Positions 38,175 through 52,400 of a stretch of DNA of 64,000 nucleotides are shown one piece after another. How positions within the stretch are numbered: position 1 is the stretch's first letter; the number at the start of each line of letters is the position of its first letter. Origin of the DNA: Balanoglossus misakiensis (taxonomy: Eukaryota; Animalia; Hemichordata); assembly GCA_040954595.2 (NCBI GenBank), contig CM082589.2, forward strand, positions 5,825,186 through 5,889,185, written 5' to 3'. A model generated the notes under the pieces. The model searched no databases, was not told the origin of the DNA, and was given only the letters and a program-made list of their open reading frames with translations. A program made the translations under genes and the position numbers.

Positions 38175-40490
38175 TTAATAACGCATATTCACTGCATACA
38201 TCTGTGTTGTATATGTCAACCTCCCTGCTTTTGCCTGCTACTTTATGACATAGTGTTACCATTTTAATTTCCAATTTTGCCGTCTTGCGTAAACTATTCC
38301 ATAGAGTACTATAAAATCTTGCATTTCCCCCAAAACACAAATGCTGGATACTGTGCTCCCAAGTTTGAAGCATACATGGTCCATTTTTATAAACATACCG
38401 CAACATATAAACAATACAAATCTACATCTTAAAATAATAAAAAAACATGATATATGAAAATCTGATTGTCAGAAAAAAGGCAGAAAGTTTTATCAATAAA
38501 TCAGTTTAGGCAGGATATAGTGTCTTGTAAAGACAGGCTGGACATTTGTCCGTGAGTACAGCTAGGCTGGAAGTTTTCCATTAAGTACAGTTATGCAGGA
38601 TAATGTCTTTGTAGCAAAGTTAGGCAACCAGATCAGAATATCAGTGAAAATATTTGACCTTAGCCCCTGTCTGAATCTAGTCCTACAATCAACAAATATC
38701 GGATAAAAACTTCAAAATTCATGTTCAAAATATTCTTTTGTACATATTTAAAACAATGTCATTCATGGTGTTTCCAGTTCACTTTCAAAGTGAGTGAAAA
38801 ATGGTAAAGGTTTCAAAGTTGATGACCCCCAAAGTCTGCACTTAAAAAGTATCAGATCGGAATTTGCAATTAAGTTATAGTTTGTCTAGAATATAGGTCA
38901 GTTGGAACATATTTGCTAGAATATTGCTGCATTGTGATGTGGAAATTTCATGGAGAGAGAGCAGTCAGGGATCCCTGTGAAGTTGGCAGTTACTGCTAAG
39001 CTGATATTAACTGTATACTGATATATTCGATATTCAGCGAAACGCTTTCATTTGAAAGTCTTGGGCAGGCATCTACTGCCCTCTATTGTCAAAGGATATC
39101 TGTCGTTACATGGCGCCGTGTACTGCCTTCATGCAAATTTTGAAATGAGTTGTGTAGGCCTTTAACCTGACGATTATGTACATGACAAGTTGGCATATCT
39201 TCTCATCTCAATCCAAAATCTCACATCTGTGCGCATATTTAACCTTGCAAAACAGTCAACAAAAACAACAGTTACACGAAATCAAATATTTGATTCGTCA
39301 AGCCTCGACTTATTTTATTTAAAAACGCAGTACTTTGAAAATGGAGATCAGGATATTTATCACGGGGAAAGTGCTATTTTTGTAGTTTTCATATAATCTC
39401 TGGCTCATATAATTTGGATATATGTAAATGTTGATGAGAGACATCAGGCAGTGATAGATTAAGATAAGAATTTTGATTTCAAGGTTTACCCCTTTCACCA
39501 TCGAACTGTGGTTTAACCCCCACTGTTTCCAATGGTGCAAGTGAACCAACTCCACTTGGACAAGGGGTGGGATGGTTTATGGCAAATGGGTGCATTGTTT
39601 TGCCCTTGGCAGTTTCAAGGTTTAAAGGTAATGTCCCCTTCCTATCCTTCAATTTGGTTTAATCCTATTACGCTTCAATGGCGATGTTGGACTGATCTAC
39701 TATAAGAAAGGGGTGAAAGGATCAGAATGTGATCATTCTGGCACTCAGTGGAACAAAATACCAATTTGACTTCAAGCATTTTAACAATATAGTACATTTT
39801 GATTTAAATTAATCACGTAATTCAAAACAAAAGCATTAAAATCTTTCGTTGAGCAATACTTAACATTTTGGTTGAAAAATCGGTCAATTAATATCAGTGA
39901 ACCACAGCAAACCTGGGTGTAACACACACCATATTTAACCCTTTTCCTTGAAATACATGTTGACAAGTTATTCCAATGGTTTGACTTGATAAACAATGTA
40001 CACAATATCAGTATAAACAAAATCAAGTCTTTCTGTGCCAAACATCTGTCTCTTATATTATAAATACCGGTAGTCAGGTCACTATTTTTGATTTAACATG
40101 TGTAATCGATAATTCCCACTTTGAGGGACCACCATCGACCTTGATAAACTCAAGATGCTTCCAAAGTCAAGCAAATTTACAGCGTCTTCTGAAACACACA
40201 GTGTTGCTCAAAAACTGTTGTGATTTGCTACCTATATTCATACATGTTCATACTGTAGGTCTTCAAATCCACAAAAAAATTCATCAAATATGTCAACTCG
40301 ACAGCTGCATTAATTTCACAGATCACGACCGACAATTTCATAAAGCTATAAAAAATTTCATCTGAATAAACATCTTATTCTACAGTGTAAATTTATTGCA
40401 TGATTTAAAAAAAAATTCATTCCTGGGTAATTTTTTTTTCATTTGTCTAATATTTTTCTCCCAAATTTAAATTTCTGGTAATTAGGTGGG

Positions 40491-43400
40491 TCATGTGACA
40501 TGATTGTTAGTTTTTTCCTTTTTCGTCTCCATCGACATCATCATCGATGGTGGGTTGTCGAGATCTTCGAAGTTTGGCTTTTCTCTGTCTCCGTCCTCGT
40601 CCATGTTCAAGTGCATGGATTGGTATCTCTGTACGACGCTGTCCCACTCGACCACTTCTTCGATTCTCTGCGGTCCGCTGCTGTTACCCGCCCTCAAGAA
40701 ACCGCCTATGAAACAAAAACACAAGATACATTGTCCTTTCGCCGTGTTGTCCATGAAACAGGTGCTTGCAACTTACCCGAGTTTGGAAAGAACCACCTCG
40801 ACGCGTTTACAGAGTTGACAAGACTGTGAAATTTGCACCGTATCATGCAAACTTTTCCATAAGCCTACGAGTGTCAGTATTGCAGAAAGCCCAATAATGA
40901 ACCTTGTCTGAAAGATTTGAAACAAATCATTGACCGTGACCTACCTTCTGGCGCGACTTGCGTGTTTCTCCGCACCACGCTTCGCAACCACTGAGCTGTG
41001 GAGTGAGCCAGCAGATCCACAGACCTGGAGTCGGAGACCGCATCCAGCTCTTCCTCCTCGTTGATGTACTCCCTGGCTTGACTGCTGCAGATTTTACCTG
41101 AAATGAGGAGCCACAAGTAACTGTCAATGACCCAGTCCCCGCTGATTCAACATATTTTGAAAGCATTGGAAAATATCATGTTTGACCAAAATCGGCCAAG
41201 GCACATCACAGTTAATACACTGACAAATCTAAACCACCAGTCAGGGCTTAGTGTTAGATTTAAGGTGAGATTTAAGGTTGTCTATGGGGCAACTGTCCAG
41301 GAACCCAACAGAAAGACTTGTGGGTCGATGTCAAGCACCCTCACACGTTTGACTTCAAATTTACTTCTGTTTTACATACATAGGTAAAGAATAGAGATTG
41401 CCACTGACCTTTGTGTTTGAAGGCAACTTTGCAGTATGTGAACATTTTCGTAAATAAATTCAACGGCGCTGGCGTGGCAGACGTCCTGTTCATATTACGA
41501 ATCAGCTGAGCGCGTCCAAACTTCCACTCGGTGTCCGACTGCGCCTGGATTCTCTGGTACGTGTCACTCATCATAGCGATGAGCAGGTTGATCAGGACGA
41601 TCAGTGTCACGATTAGGTAGGTGCCGAATACGATCTTGACGAGCGTTATTGTGATGTAAGGGTTTCGGTGGACGGGCGGGAGGTTGTCCGGCTCGACCAG
41701 GCCGAAGAGCGAGAAGAAGAGCATCTCTAATGTCTCTAAGGGAGTCTGGACTTTCGCCCCGGCGCTGCCGTCGCCGTCTCCCTCCGTCAGGGTGTCGTTT
41801 TTCACCGGGTACACGGGCTGGTAGATGGCCGCCAGCTGCAAGGTGAATCCGCTGATGAAGATGCTGAGGATGACCATGAAGCGCAGCAGGTCGCGCATGA
41901 GGTCGCGGATGATGATGGCCCAGGGCCCGAAGAGGTGGTGGAAGGAGAGGAACTCCAGGAACTGCACGAAGCACAGCAGGAGGCAGGTGGAGAAGAGCAG
42001 GTTCCGGGCGTAGATGATCTCGTTGCGCTGCATGCCCTCGAAGGCGAACCCCAGTAAATGACAGAAGCAGGCGATGGACGCGATGGCCAGGTTGATGACG
42101 TGGATCCAGCCCAGCCCCTGGCGGTCGGCCGGGTTCGTGATCTCCGACACCAGGAGTCCCGAGAACCAGGCCAGCAGCAGCCACTCGTACCACTTGGGCA
42201 TCAGCGAGGGGTTCTCCTCCACCTCGTTGATGAAAGTCGGTATCACGCAGGTGACGATCAGTAAGGCAATGAGGTAACCGTGGGACACCAGGTAGCACAT
42301 GAACTTGATGATGGGGATCTTGGTGTAGCGGTGCTTCAGAGGTAGGGAGAACGCGATCCAGACCGGCGGGCAGAGGACCATGACGAAGAACAACATGATG
42401 ATCTTCCAGTTGGGCCAGCTCTTCAGCTGCCCGCTCCAGACGTCCGACAGGTACCGCTGCACGGACGGGTTGGCCACCACCTCTTTCTCCTCGCATTCGA
42501 TCAGAACGTCCAGGAACTGCGTGCCGCGGTGGTCGATGGACCGCAGGATATGTCCGGCGCTGTTCGAGCTGGCGGCGATGGCCAGGAGGTCCACAGCCAT
42601 GGACTCGCAGAAGTTGCCGGCTTCCACCAGATCCTTGGCACGCTCCTTCTCCTTCGCCGACTGCAGGCGGAAGTTCTTGGAGAGCTTGACGGCGGTGTCG
42701 ACCGGCGCCGGCGACACCAGGATGAACTCCTCGATCGACTTGTTGTTGTTGTGCTTGCCGTTGACCATCAAATCAAAGACAAACTGAAAAGAAACAAGGA
42801 ATGAAAAATGCTCATAAAACAACAATGACACAGTTCATGGAATACACATCAAACACCAAGTATTTCAACATGCATTATGGAGTAGAACATTAAGTATAGC
42901 TAATACACTTAACAGACTCAGATGAAAACTTCTCTAAAACCTACAACAATCCCACATGCACAACTCCAGTTAAATTGTTAAATATTCAAAATTACCTTTT
43001 TGTCTTCCATGAGATGTTGTGTGTTGTGATCTTTCTTCATCAAGTAACTCAACACATCATGGTGCCCTGCAGAGGCAGCGTAACATATTGGAACCTTACC
43101 ATCCTGCAAAGTAATGATCATAATTAGTCATCTTGACTAAAATCCTGTTGATAAAAACCTTCATTAAGCCTTTCTGGCCAGATATCCTATATATAGGAGA
43201 AATTCGGATACGTTCCAAGAAAGCCAGGCTTGAAAGGGTTAATGCAGAACATGGTGTGAAAGTTCTTTCAAGTTTCATAGATAACTTGTACCTTTGTTTC
43301 AAACTTCGGTGATGCACCAGACTCGACTAGCAGCTTCACAACATTGAGGTAGCCTGCCTTAGCAGCAAAGTGGAGTGATGTCCAACCATTCTGTCAAAAG

Positions 43401-46400
43401 ACAAAAGAGTAAGTACAGTAAAACCTGTCTAAACTGAACCCGTTTTTGGAAACCTGTCTTTACTAAACATATTTTCAGCCCCTTTTCCACAGAACTACAT
43501 CACAAGAACCTCTATAAACCAGACACCTAACTGAATATTGTTTTCAGTCCCTTTAGTGTCCTGATTAAATAGGGTTAATTGTACATACATTTTGTCATAG
43601 GAGAATGATGACTACATGGTACTGCACATACCTTATCAAACGTATTGATATCAGAGCCCTGGCCGATGAGCAAGGCCACCATATCGTAATGTCCGTTGGC
43701 TGCTGCTAGATGCAGACCAGTGCGTCCTCGTTTGTCTTTGAAATGCAGCTGATTGGTGGATTTGCTCAGCAGCAATCCCACCACTGCGATGTGGCCACTC
43801 TGAGCAGCCAGGTGTAGTGGTATAGTTCCCTATGAGAGTAGCAGAAATCAGAAAAATAATGATATCACAATACACGTGCTAAAACTTACTCTGGGTGAAT
43901 TTCAGTAAACTTTTCTCAATGATGGATAACTTAAATTAGTTTTCCAGAGTATTGTTCATCTTCACTTGCTATGCATGCCAACTGCCTGTTTGAATTCTAC
44001 CAGATTCTAAGCAATAGTAACTGCATAACCCATACTGGTCAAATGAGTCTGTTGAAACAGGTACATGTAGACTGATGTTGGTTGTTTGACAATATAAATG
44101 TGCCATCTGCAATTGGACAGTGTATTACAATCTTGAGATGGTCACTCTCCATTGGACAGTTTTATTGTTATTAGGGGATTGTGGTTGTAACCTTCTACAG
44201 ATAATTATAAATAACTCAGGCTTACCTGTCTGGCAGTCGGTACATCTGGCATAACTCCAGGTGAGTTGAGTAACACTCTGACCAATCCCTCGTGTCCAGA
44301 CTGGGCTGCCAGATGCAGTGGGGTAAAACCATACTGGAAAACAAGAATATATAATTTTAATGTATTGGATAACTAAGACAACATTTCTTTATGTATGTAT
44401 CTTCGGGTGGCTTTTAACTGAACTAACTAACTTTCGTACACCATCTAGCCCTGGCGTGATTCATTCTTCTCATGTGCTTCTCAATATGTAATATTTGTTT
44501 GAACTCAAAGCTTTTACAATACACATAATGTTGTTACTGCTTCTTTTTACCTCATGAGCTGTTCCCAGATCTTTGCCACCGCTCGGATCAATCGGCATGC
44601 TGGGGGGCTCGCTCTTGACCGTGGCCGGGACCTTGGGAAGCATCTCCCGCACAAATTCGATCTGTCCGTAGTGCGCCGATACGTGTAGCGCCGTCATTCC
44701 AGTCTTGACACTTGGCGCTTTCCAGGAGACGGTGCCTCTCAGAGCTTCCAGGACGCCCACGTGGCCCTTCTTGGCTGCAAGGTGGATGGCTGTCATACCA
44801 TCCTGGTTGCACAAAGACAAAACCACAATTTCTTAATGACACCAATCAAGTGAACACACTATATTCACTACATAATGGAAGTGCCATTTTCAAGATGGGT
44901 CTTCTATCATAATGTTCATAAAGATTCGCAATGGTTGTGTTAATCATGCACCACTGAATTATGGAACATTTTTCTGTTCTGTTGCACACAGGAATGATTT
45001 CTTAGGATCTTGTACCTATATAGATGTCATCTGTTGTTTCCAAAGTGATTATAAACTAAAATGGCTGTCCCATTTGAGGAAAATTCAATATTTTTATGTT
45101 GCTCTATACAACAACCGTTAATAGTATAAATCTTGGCTGTCAGGCAGAAGTGATACCAGCGATACACAAGGGCATAACAGATGTTACCAAAAACTTACTG
45201 CATTTTCTTCTGTGGGTGACGCACCGGCATCGATGAGCACTCGGACGACCTCCTTGTGTCCTCCTTCTGCCGCTAGATGAAGTGCTGTGGAATCATTGGC
45301 CTTCAAATGAACAGATAAACACAACTGCATTTTGATACAGTATTTACGGCTGTTATAGTTTGTTTTTTTAGCATTTTGCATGGTAAATGGGACACTTAGA
45401 CTGCTGTAATGTGTCAACATTTGTTCAACTCCTGAGAACTTGCCCTGTAGGCAGCTTGTAAACACCATATTTTATGCAATGATTGTTGAAATCTGACTGT
45501 AAGACCTGCCATATTAACGGCATACAGTCATATCCAATTTACATGTAAATAGCATAATTAAGTGTTCTAAAGAACATATGGTGGTGCTCTTTTTCATGTG
45601 TGCCACCCACTGAAAATCTGCGATTGGCTAGATCTCAATTTACCATGGTAACTGCAGCTAAATTTGCACAGGTGACCGTACACCTTTAAAATTCCATCAC
45701 CATCAATGGCTGCCATCACTGGATGTTACTGAAAATTAAAGAAGGCTTGTTTTTTTAACGTACCTTGTTTTTTGCCGTTGTCACGCCGATACGATTGAAT
45801 CTCAACAACTCCTTGATGACAGCAACACTTCCTTTGGAGGCAGCGATGTGAGCACAAGTTGCACCATCCTTGATTTGAAAGTCAGAGAAAAGTTACAAAT
45901 TAGAAGAAAGTGCCAATCAATTACAAATTCAAACTTGTAAAAATAATTTGTATATGAATTTCCAAACACACACTGAATTATAGTTAGGTACTCCTGACAT
46001 CACTGAAGCGCATGTACATTTTATAAATACATTACATTTAAAGGCCAGGATGCCTTAATCTAATATCAAAGCTCAAGCAAGTCTGGATATACTTGGTACT
46101 CACAGCATTGGCCATATTGACCAACTCTGGCTTGTGTTTCAAGAAGAGTTTGACGATTTCTGCATGGTCATTTTCAGCGGCCAGATGAAAAGGAGTTTGG
46201 CCATGCTGCAAAAAAAAATCACGCAAATAGTAATTATTGTCAATAATTTCTTTGCAGTGTAAGGTTTGCTATTAGAAAAACTTTGATGAATTCCTCTTGT
46301 GCTAAATAAATAAACAGCGCAAACAAACAAAGTCAAAAGTTACAGCTAGTGTCCCTTTAACATAAAATAGGGGTCCTGGATAATTCAAACACATGCATGA

Positions 46401-49400
46401 CAAACAAAACTATCTGTCCCTTATATCTGACCACAAACCCCTTCCTCTACCCCTCCCCAGGGGATTTACTGACATTTTGTGTAGGGGGTGCTTACGCTAA
46501 ACACTAAACAATGTCATGCAAAAAAAGGGTGCTGGTGAAGTAACTGTGTGCGTGTGGACCGAAACATGCATTGTATCGAAACACTGCATACTTACTATGT
46601 CAGTCAGTTTGGACATCTGTGTTGGCATGGCAACAAGAGATGAATAAGATAAAGTTGAAGAGTGAGAAAATAAGATGACAGCAAGAAAACAAAAGCACCT
46701 CCCGAAAGCTGAATTCACGACTCTTCTAAGTAACATACATGTACGTCAATTAAACTTGATTATATTATTCGGAAACTGAAGATGTAATTGAGTTTGAATT
46801 CAGTTTTGGGGGCAAATCAGGAACTGAGACACAGTGATTGTATCAAGAGTGAAAAATATGACAGAAAGCAGTGTATTGAACAAGCTGAAGAAGTGTTCCA
46901 TTTCGGATATGGGAACTTATATTTACTGTCAAAAACGAAAGTTCGTAACTAAGACGTCATCACTACACTGGTAAGATCCTGTCAACAGGGGGCGCTCGTC
47001 TCTTAAAGCTGCAACGGCTCAACAAAATCGTATGAATGTGAAGGATTTTCTGAGAAATGTATACTGGCATGTCAAATTTGTGAAAGGTCGCTGACATCTT
47101 CAAAATTGCTGAAACCTGTCAATTTAAAAAGCTTTCAGGCGTCGACAGTGGGGTACTTACGATATCCGTCGCATTTGAGTCCGCTTTCATCTTTAACAGC
47201 GTTTCGCAAACTTCAAGCTGTCCGTTTTGTGCTGCCATATGCAGTGGTGTTTGTTTGGCCTGTGAAAGAAAGGTACATTTCATAGGAATGATTTGTTTGC
47301 TGGAGAATTTAACGTCACAACACATTTCATATTTACAAGGGAAAATAATCTACTTCAGATCGGATGGCCCTAGCATAGGAGCAGAATTAATCAACCCTGT
47401 CTGGTGGATCAACCTTCCATTCCCAAACATCAAGTCTGTTCCATTTCCATCCCCCCCCCATAGTGAACATAGCATTTTATGACAGTTGACCAAATTGCTT
47501 CTTTTCTGACAAATGTCTTTTAGTCTTTTGAGCTGACTTTGCAACCGTTCACCCCCCACCCCTTAGTGTTTGCTCTGTCCCACTGTTTTATGTCACCGTG
47601 GTTGCATCCAATGGTTGCCAGGGAAACGATCAGTGAATGGGACAAGTTAATTTACCAGCGACAGAGCGTCGATCGTTGCATTGTGGGTTTCAATCAACAG
47701 CTTCACCAGTTTGTTGAAACCGTTCTGGGCGCCCAGGTGGAGGGGTGTCACTCCTAGCTTGGATTTGGCGTTGACAAACGCCTTGTGCCACAGCAGGACA
47801 TCTGCCACTTCAACATGGCCGTTCTCGGCCGCCAGATGTAACGCCGCTTTACCATGCTACAAGAAAAGAGCCACAAAATATTGTAAATCATGAACATTTC
47901 GCCCTTTATTGTGTGGTTGCTATGGTAATTTACCAAGTCTCGAGAGATCTCGTAATGAGCAGAAAATATTAGGATTATTTTAAGTTATAATGTCTGGTGA
48001 GTAAATCTCCAGGGGGTACCTGCCCTAGAACATTTGAAAACGGGTGCTACACCCAGAATGCTGTTGCAATAGGCAACACATGCAAACACCCACCTCATCA
48101 AAGACATCCACCCTTGCATTATGCTGCAGTAAAATCTTCACTATCTCGATATGTCCCTGTTCACTGGCAACAAGCAGAGGTGACCATCCATTCTGAAAAA
48201 GCAATTTTTCGAAGCAATGTCAAACAATTTGGGATTAAGACATTTTACAAATTCCCTTAAGTGACACAAATACCCTTGAAATATCTTGACTGCTGTTCAA
48301 GGAACAATCTAAGACATACAGCGCTCACCTTTGACTGTTTGTTGACTGCAATTTGGACCCTGGACGGTCCCAGGTGTTTGACCTTCTCCAACATGACATC
48401 AGCGTTACCTGCCCTGGCACAATAATGCAATGGAGTCTCTTGAGTCTGAAACAATGAATGACCACATAGTTGGAGCAAGCTAATTCTTCAATATCAACCA
48501 CGTGATCTGGCCATGTGACCCACGGCCTTGTCATTTCCAGGTGACGGGCAAGCAAAATTTCGGCATCCAGTAATAGTTTTTCTGGGTATGTTTGTACTTA
48601 AAAACTGCCAGACACGTAACATGTATCAGGTATGGTGCCTCATCGGCTTCATGGCATTTCATCTGCACTTCTATAGCTGTAATACGCACTCTGTTTTTTA
48701 CGTACCATAGTGCATTGTGAATTCGTGGTTTCACCTATATTTACGCAATTTTTTGCATATACTTACTAATTTGGTAGTGATATTAATATCAGCATCATTT
48801 TGAAGTAACAACCTCACAATGTCGCCGTCTTCACTGGCATAATGAATCATGTCTTTGGTGATCTCAGCTGCATAATGAAGAGGTGTCTCTCCCTCCTGGT
48901 ATTAAAAGAAAGAAAAAATAAAGACCAGTAAAATGAATGAGTACACAGTATAAAGATGATTATACTTTGGAGAATCAGGCATAAGTTGACAAGTCTCATC
49001 TGGTGCTAACGAATTCCATCAAAAAAATATAGCAATGTGTGGAAACATTTCCATGATTGTGCTTAAAATCTGTCCAGGAACGACATTTCACCTTCCCTGT
49101 TTCAATAAAAAAGGAGGAATTTATGAAATACAATGACTGACCACAGTCTGTGTGTTGATTGCCATGACCGATTCCACCCTGGATTTCTCTCGGTGAAGAA
49201 AAGTGATGAGTTCATTGCATATGTCCCAATGGCAGTGTCTGACGGCGATGTGTAATGGGTTCTCACCAGCCTGTGAAACGACAAAACAATATCATGATTT
49301 TTTTTTTATGACTCTTACCTCTTACTCCGCAAAGTAATCACTGTTGCTGATTAGCAAATTCACAAATGGCAGCAGTAAAGGACTGTACCTCCCACAAATG

Positions 49401-52400
49401 ATCAGACATTTTGAGTAGGCACAGGGTGGCTTGGACATATTATTACTTTGTAAGGAAACGTGCATCCATACCGTCTAATAAGAACAGGCGGCCATGATGA
49501 GACACCTACCTTCGACTGATTGAGAGGGTCGCCGCACTCCTCAAGCAAGGCCTGCATCATTTTAACCTGCCCGTGTCTAGCGGCTATGTGCATGGCAGAC
49601 TCTCCATTCTAAAATAAAGAAAATACAGGACTTGAATGTACACATAATATCAATCTCAGATGTAGAGCAATATAAACACATACATTTTGTATGCCAGTGA
49701 ACACAAATTGTCAAATTGGATTTGTCACTGACCTCTTGTGCCGCATTGACATCCGCTCCACTTTTCAGTAACATCTCTGCTACTTTCTCTCCTTCTTTGA
49801 TTCTGGCAGCGATATGTAGCGGAGTTTCTCCTATCTATAAAAAAACAAAACAACAACAAACGATTTCGTCATTTTAATTTGCAAGAAACTCACTTTTGCC
49901 ACATTTCATCATCACTGTACAATGTTGCTACTACGGAAGTTGATCTTCCTTTGTCATTTTCCCTTGGTGCAGAAAATTAACCCAGTGTTTTGACACAAAA
50001 GACACAATTTAGCACATTTGTGTACGTTTGTATCAGTTAACTGTCTTAACTGGGCAGCAAGCGTTCTCTTCTTTTGATCATTATAAGGCCAAATTTCTTG
50101 GATTTAATTAAAGACCTAAACTGACGTTTAGAGTTTGGTATTTCCCCAGTCAACACATAGTAATCATATCAGTCCAATGTCATACTGATTCAATGTCAAA
50201 GTTTTCCCCCAAACACTAGAGACAAAGCGTAGGCTTACTCACTCTGCCTCCATTCAACTGGACTTGAGCACCATAACCCAGAAGTGTTTGAACAACCAAT
50301 GGTTTACAATATTGCACGGCTATATGTAATGCTGTATAGTTATCCTGCAAACGAGAAATCAGGGTTAGTTTCCCAAGAACTAGAAAACAGGATGTATTGA
50401 AATTCTCAGGTCCTGAAATTACGTGCAGTACCAGAGAAGACAGCTTTACTCGTGACAAGACAGTGTTCTCTCTGCTGATTTCTGACAAGAATCTCTTTAC
50501 GTTTTTGAGGGAGAAATTAAGATGGGGAAACTGGAAGGCCCACGCTACCTTAGTTTTGGCATCTACGAAGGCACCTTTTTGTAATAAAGCTTTGACGACT
50601 GCATTGTGACCTCTCTTGGCTGCTGCATGTAGACAAACAGCTCCAGCCTGCAAAGAAATTTGAAACATTAAATGTATAAACAGGAGATATTCTATAACAT
50701 CTTATTCAGTGTCTCAAAAACATGATAAAGTTGCCGTTTTATTTCCATCCTAAACTGCTCTCATTTTAGCAAGATTGACAAATGAAATACCTGCTCGTTT
50801 ACCTTATTAGGTATGATACAGTAGTTATGCATGCTTACTTCATTTCAATGGTGAAATAACCTTATTTGGTATTATCAGTTTGCCTTATTTGGTGCATGTT
50901 TGCCATATTTGGCATATCATACCATATTTGGCATAGGAGGTAAAAGTCTGCCATATTTGGCATATGTCTTACCTTATTTGGCATATGAAGTGGAACTCCT
51001 TTCTTCAGAAACATCATCGCAGTTTCCGGATGACCGCACTGCGATGCGATGTGCATCAGCGTGCTGCCATCCTTTGTCCGGGCTAGTACTGACGCTTTGA
51101 ATTTGTCGACTAAGATTTCCACCACGTTTGTGTGACCCCTCTCTGCTGCTATGTGCAAAGGAGACCTGTCCAACTGTAAAACAATAAGTGATGTGTTTAA
51201 GTCATATCTTCTCTTCATATTCTAGCCAATGGCTACAAGATAGTCAAAAGTTGCAGCTAATGCATTTAATATTTGGCATCTCACAAGCCAGTTATCAAGA
51301 TCAACAAATTCAAGAGTTCTCTTGTCTGTCTTACCTTGTCATAAATATTTGGATTTGCTTTGAGTTGATAGAAATATTTCAGTGTACCTTCGTCACCTTC
51401 CCACGCTGCAATGTGCATTGCTGTATGACCCTCCTCCTAAAGATTCAAATAAAAAACAACACATTTTTTCGTCAAAAAGTAGAAAGGTCAAAATAAGCCA
51501 CTGGCCGATACACTGTAGTCAGACATTTCTAGTGAAGGGTGGTAGAAACTAGATAAGCATCTCTCACTAGAAACACCAACAGCAATATAACCTTAGTTCG
51601 AAACAAAACCAAGAAAAACGACCACGATAGACGTGTAGAAAGTGAGTGTTCAAACGTACATTTTGAACGTCAACCGGTGAACCATTCTCGCACAGCAGTT
51701 TGATGAAATCGATGTCTTTCCGCCGACACGATATGTGTAACGCCGAATCCCCACTGTCGATTCTCATGGCTTTGACTTGTTCTTCTTTGTGAGCGGCCAA
51801 CAGTTCCTTCCCCACGGCCACATTTCCTTGCTCGGCCGCCAGCATCACTGGTATCGAGCTCTCCTGGAAAAAGAAGAGTCAAAGATGGATTATCATCAAA
51901 CTGAAAGTCATTATTTGACATTATCTGGGTATTTTTAATTCATATCAAAATCGAATGAACTGAAAGTCTTTACTTAAGTCATTTGGTTATAAAATGCTTT
52001 GTGTTCGTCACTTAGTTTCATGAACCAATCTTTGCAATCCAGTGAAATAGGGTACGCGATGAGGTCAAAGGTCAGGTTACGAGACAACTCACCTTGTCTT
52101 TTGTCAACCTTGCATCTTTCCCTGAGACTTTCAGTAAATGTTGTATAATATTTAATGCCCCACTGGACCTCCCGGCCGCCATGTGAAGAGGCAACTGCTC
52201 CTTAGGCTGTTTAGAAAAAAAAATGTTCAACAATATTAAAAAGAGCAATTTTTAACAATTAAAGGGAATGGGATGTCGCGCCGCGTGGGTCAGTTCTCCC
52301 TTGATGAGAATATGTCCTCCATACCAGAGAAAACCCCATGACCTACTTGGATCTTCAGTTGCTGTCATGCCCAGTCTACACTACCATTGGCTGCTTCGTT

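Noticed and set aside
41564-42804. 310-aa alternate-frame ORF and several antisense ORFs over the TRPN transmembrane exon
   Set aside because: Expected by-product of GC-rich codon usage; low-complexity R/P/H/G translations with no recognisable domain.
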